Below, one piece after another: positions 62,001 through 64,000 of a stretch of DNA of 64,000 bases (the first letter of the stretch is position 1; every line of letters begins with the position of its first letter). The stretch is from NCBI GenBank assembly GCA_964016885.1, contig OZ024742.1, forward strand, positions 271,622,001 to 271,686,000, read 5' to 3'. The notes under the pieces are model-generated. The model saw only the letters and a program-made list of their open reading frames with translations, was not told the DNA's origin and ran no database searches. Position numbers and translations under genes: made by a program. Source of the stretch: Eledone cirrhosa (Eukaryota).

Positions 62001-62380
62001 CTCTTTTTCTTTAGATATCTTGGTGGTGAGAATGGAGTGCCTTCAGTAAGGGTATTCCGATTATGGATGCTCTCCAGCTCCGAATTGGTGGGAAGGTTTG
62101 AACCATTAGCTGATTTTTCTTCCCCAATCTGGTTCCTCTCAGAGGGACGCGGCTCTTTTTAACCCGGGTGACAGTTTTTATAATTTGACATTAGACTTTT
62201 TTTGTTGCGTTTTATACTTAACCGCCAAGGGGTAATCGTTTCGAATTACCACTCCTAGGACGAATGTCAACCAAGACTACAGGGGTCGCCCTCCCTTAAG
62301 ACACGGCTACTCCCCGCCGGCCACCATCCCGGTATTTCTTGGTCACAGTTTTTTTCTTGGATGGGGGAGGGGGGGGGGGG
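59044..62380 (-). mobile_element. R4/Dong family D2, copy c: old, with ATG (62191) and 5' UTR
   Basis: Colinear with 18823-21495 apart from internal deletions; short (ATT)n at both ends. Confidence 0.88.
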
Positions 62381-62449
62381 GTAAATTGTTATTATTATGA
62401 GTGGTTCCTTAACGTGATCCCTGTGTGGCTAATAAAGAAATTATTAATA

Positions 62450-63110
62450 AAATATGCTTGTGGCCTTTGTTGAAGTTGCCTTTGTTGTTCTTGGCTATGC
62501 CAGTGGTGCTGGGGCTTTTCCGGAGGGTGGAAGGGAGTTATATTGTTGGTGGGGGTTTTGGGTGCCAGTGTAGCTGTTAATGTTGAGATGTTCAAAATTT
62601 CATTTTGGCCGGGTCACTAAGTCCGTCTATTTATATCCTTTTGTAGCTTCTTCCTTTCTAGTCTTTTCTAGTGTTACTGCTACCTTTCCTGTCCTCCTCA
62701 ACAAATTTGATGTCAACTTTTCTTAAGTTAACAGAAGGTTGTGGGGGAGTAGTGGTGGTAACAATGAGGGAGTAGTGGCGGGGATGGAGTAGCAGTGGCG
62801 GTGGAGATGGAGTAATGGCACTGTAGTGATGGCGTTGTTGTTGCTGTTGGTTTGTCTCGGCTAAATTTTGTAGCCATTACAATGTGTTGTTTTGTTTGTT
62901 TGATTTTTTGATACTTTTTCCCCCTTATTCTGTTCAGTAGCTTTATGGTTTGTTAGTTGTATCTAATATACATGCTGACAACCTTACTTAATATTTGACC
63001 TAAATATTTTTTCAGAAAACTTGTGATACAATAATAAATAATTATTATTAAGCTGGGATTGGTGGTGGTGGTGGTGAAATTGCCGTTATTTGGCTGTTGT
63101 ATTCAGTGTA
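62450..63110 (-). mobile_element. Possible 5' UTR/ORF1 start of another Tx1-like LINE
   Basis: ATG at 62877 giving MATKFSR..TATTTP, resembling the MATKK start and Thr-rich tract of B1; weak. Confidence 0.3.
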
Positions 63111-63328
63111 CGCAGAGGGTTTTTTCTTCTATTTGTAAATAATTTCTTTCTTTAATATAAAATTTCTAATACAAAATTAGATATTTGAGCCATATGACAG
63201 TGTATTACGGGACCTCACTCCTGAGTGCAAGGCTGATGCCTTATGTCCCATTTGCAAACAATTTTCTCTTCCAATTTAAGTTCAACCTTTCTCACCGAGC
63301 TTAGGATAAAATAATGCAAGTTAGTCAT

Positions 63329-63673
63329 TTAGTGAGATCATTGAGCTTGATGTATGCTGCAAAATGTTTTTATTCGAGGCACTATTTTAGGCAGTTTTAA
63401 TCATAAATCTCCTCGTTTTGTGATATCCAATCGATGTATTTTTTCTAGAAATACGTCATTGACAGCAGTAAAACCACATTTTACCTTATATGAGAATGTT
63501 AAATGTAACAATAATTTCCTTGTCAAATTATTTGAATTTGGGTATTTAACCTATGTCTCTTCACTGAGCCACATAATAGTTTTCTTAATGTTGAATATAA
63601 TATTAACAGACTCATCAATTTGTATTTCTGTCAGTTCTTCTTGATACTGCATGGTCAATTCAGATAAGTCCAT
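63329..63673 (-). pseudogene. hAT (Charlie/Buster-like) transposase C-terminal remnant
   Basis: Manual translation QEELTEIQIDE...KYP...KLLLHLTFSYKVKCGFTAV...RLDITKRGDL*LKL..I.PRIK...HQAQ*SH*, matching the hAT dimerisation-region ending typical of Charlie-type transposases; three in-frame stops. Confidence 0.8.
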
Positions 63674-64000
63674 GTAACGTTTGTTTTAATATAACTGTCT
63701 TCTTTCTTTTATAATCACCCAGAATAACAGTATTATATGCATTACAACATCAGCAAATGCTAGAAACAAAATCATTTTGAACTTGATAGAGCCGTCTTCT
63801 GATAATTAAAGCTCGGTAACTCGTCTACAACGTGACTGAAAAACAAAGCTGCAGTCGGCAGTACGTACATGTTACGTACCAAACACGTTTAATACAGGTT
63901 AATCCATTACTAGTGACAGTACCTTCCTAATCTGAATGTTATCTACGTAATAAAAATCCTGCTGACAATACATACGGAACATTTTTTAAAAATTCTATCG

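Overview
Eukaryotic, gene-free window made almost entirely of transposable elements. The SINE type and microsatellite content suggest an invertebrate, possibly a cephalopod such as Octopus (inference only). From left to right: an unexplained AT-rich 2 kb; a decayed Helitron; a ~28 kb nest (5.4-33.4 kb) of non-LTR retrotransposons stacked at (TAA)n/(ATT)n microsatellites; Penelope-like and Gypsy fragments; a fold-back element; a full-length decayed Gypsy LTR element; more LINEs and SINEs; and a hAT transposase remnant. The main observation is a strand rule at one shared microsatellite: R4/Dong-type RLE elements read (TAA)n on their sense strand, whereas Tx1-type APE elements and a tRNA-derived SINE read (ATT)n. 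The SINE and Tx1 also share a 3' motif. Other points: ORF1/5'UTR swapping among Tx1 copies, a conserved AG|GTAAGT hairpin between ORF1 and ORF2, recurrent 5'-truncation positions in Dong copies, and a six-fold amplified PBS-overlapping repeat in the LTR element. No intact host gene and no fully intact autonomous element was found. All calls come from reading by eye, so boundaries away from exact junctions are approximate.
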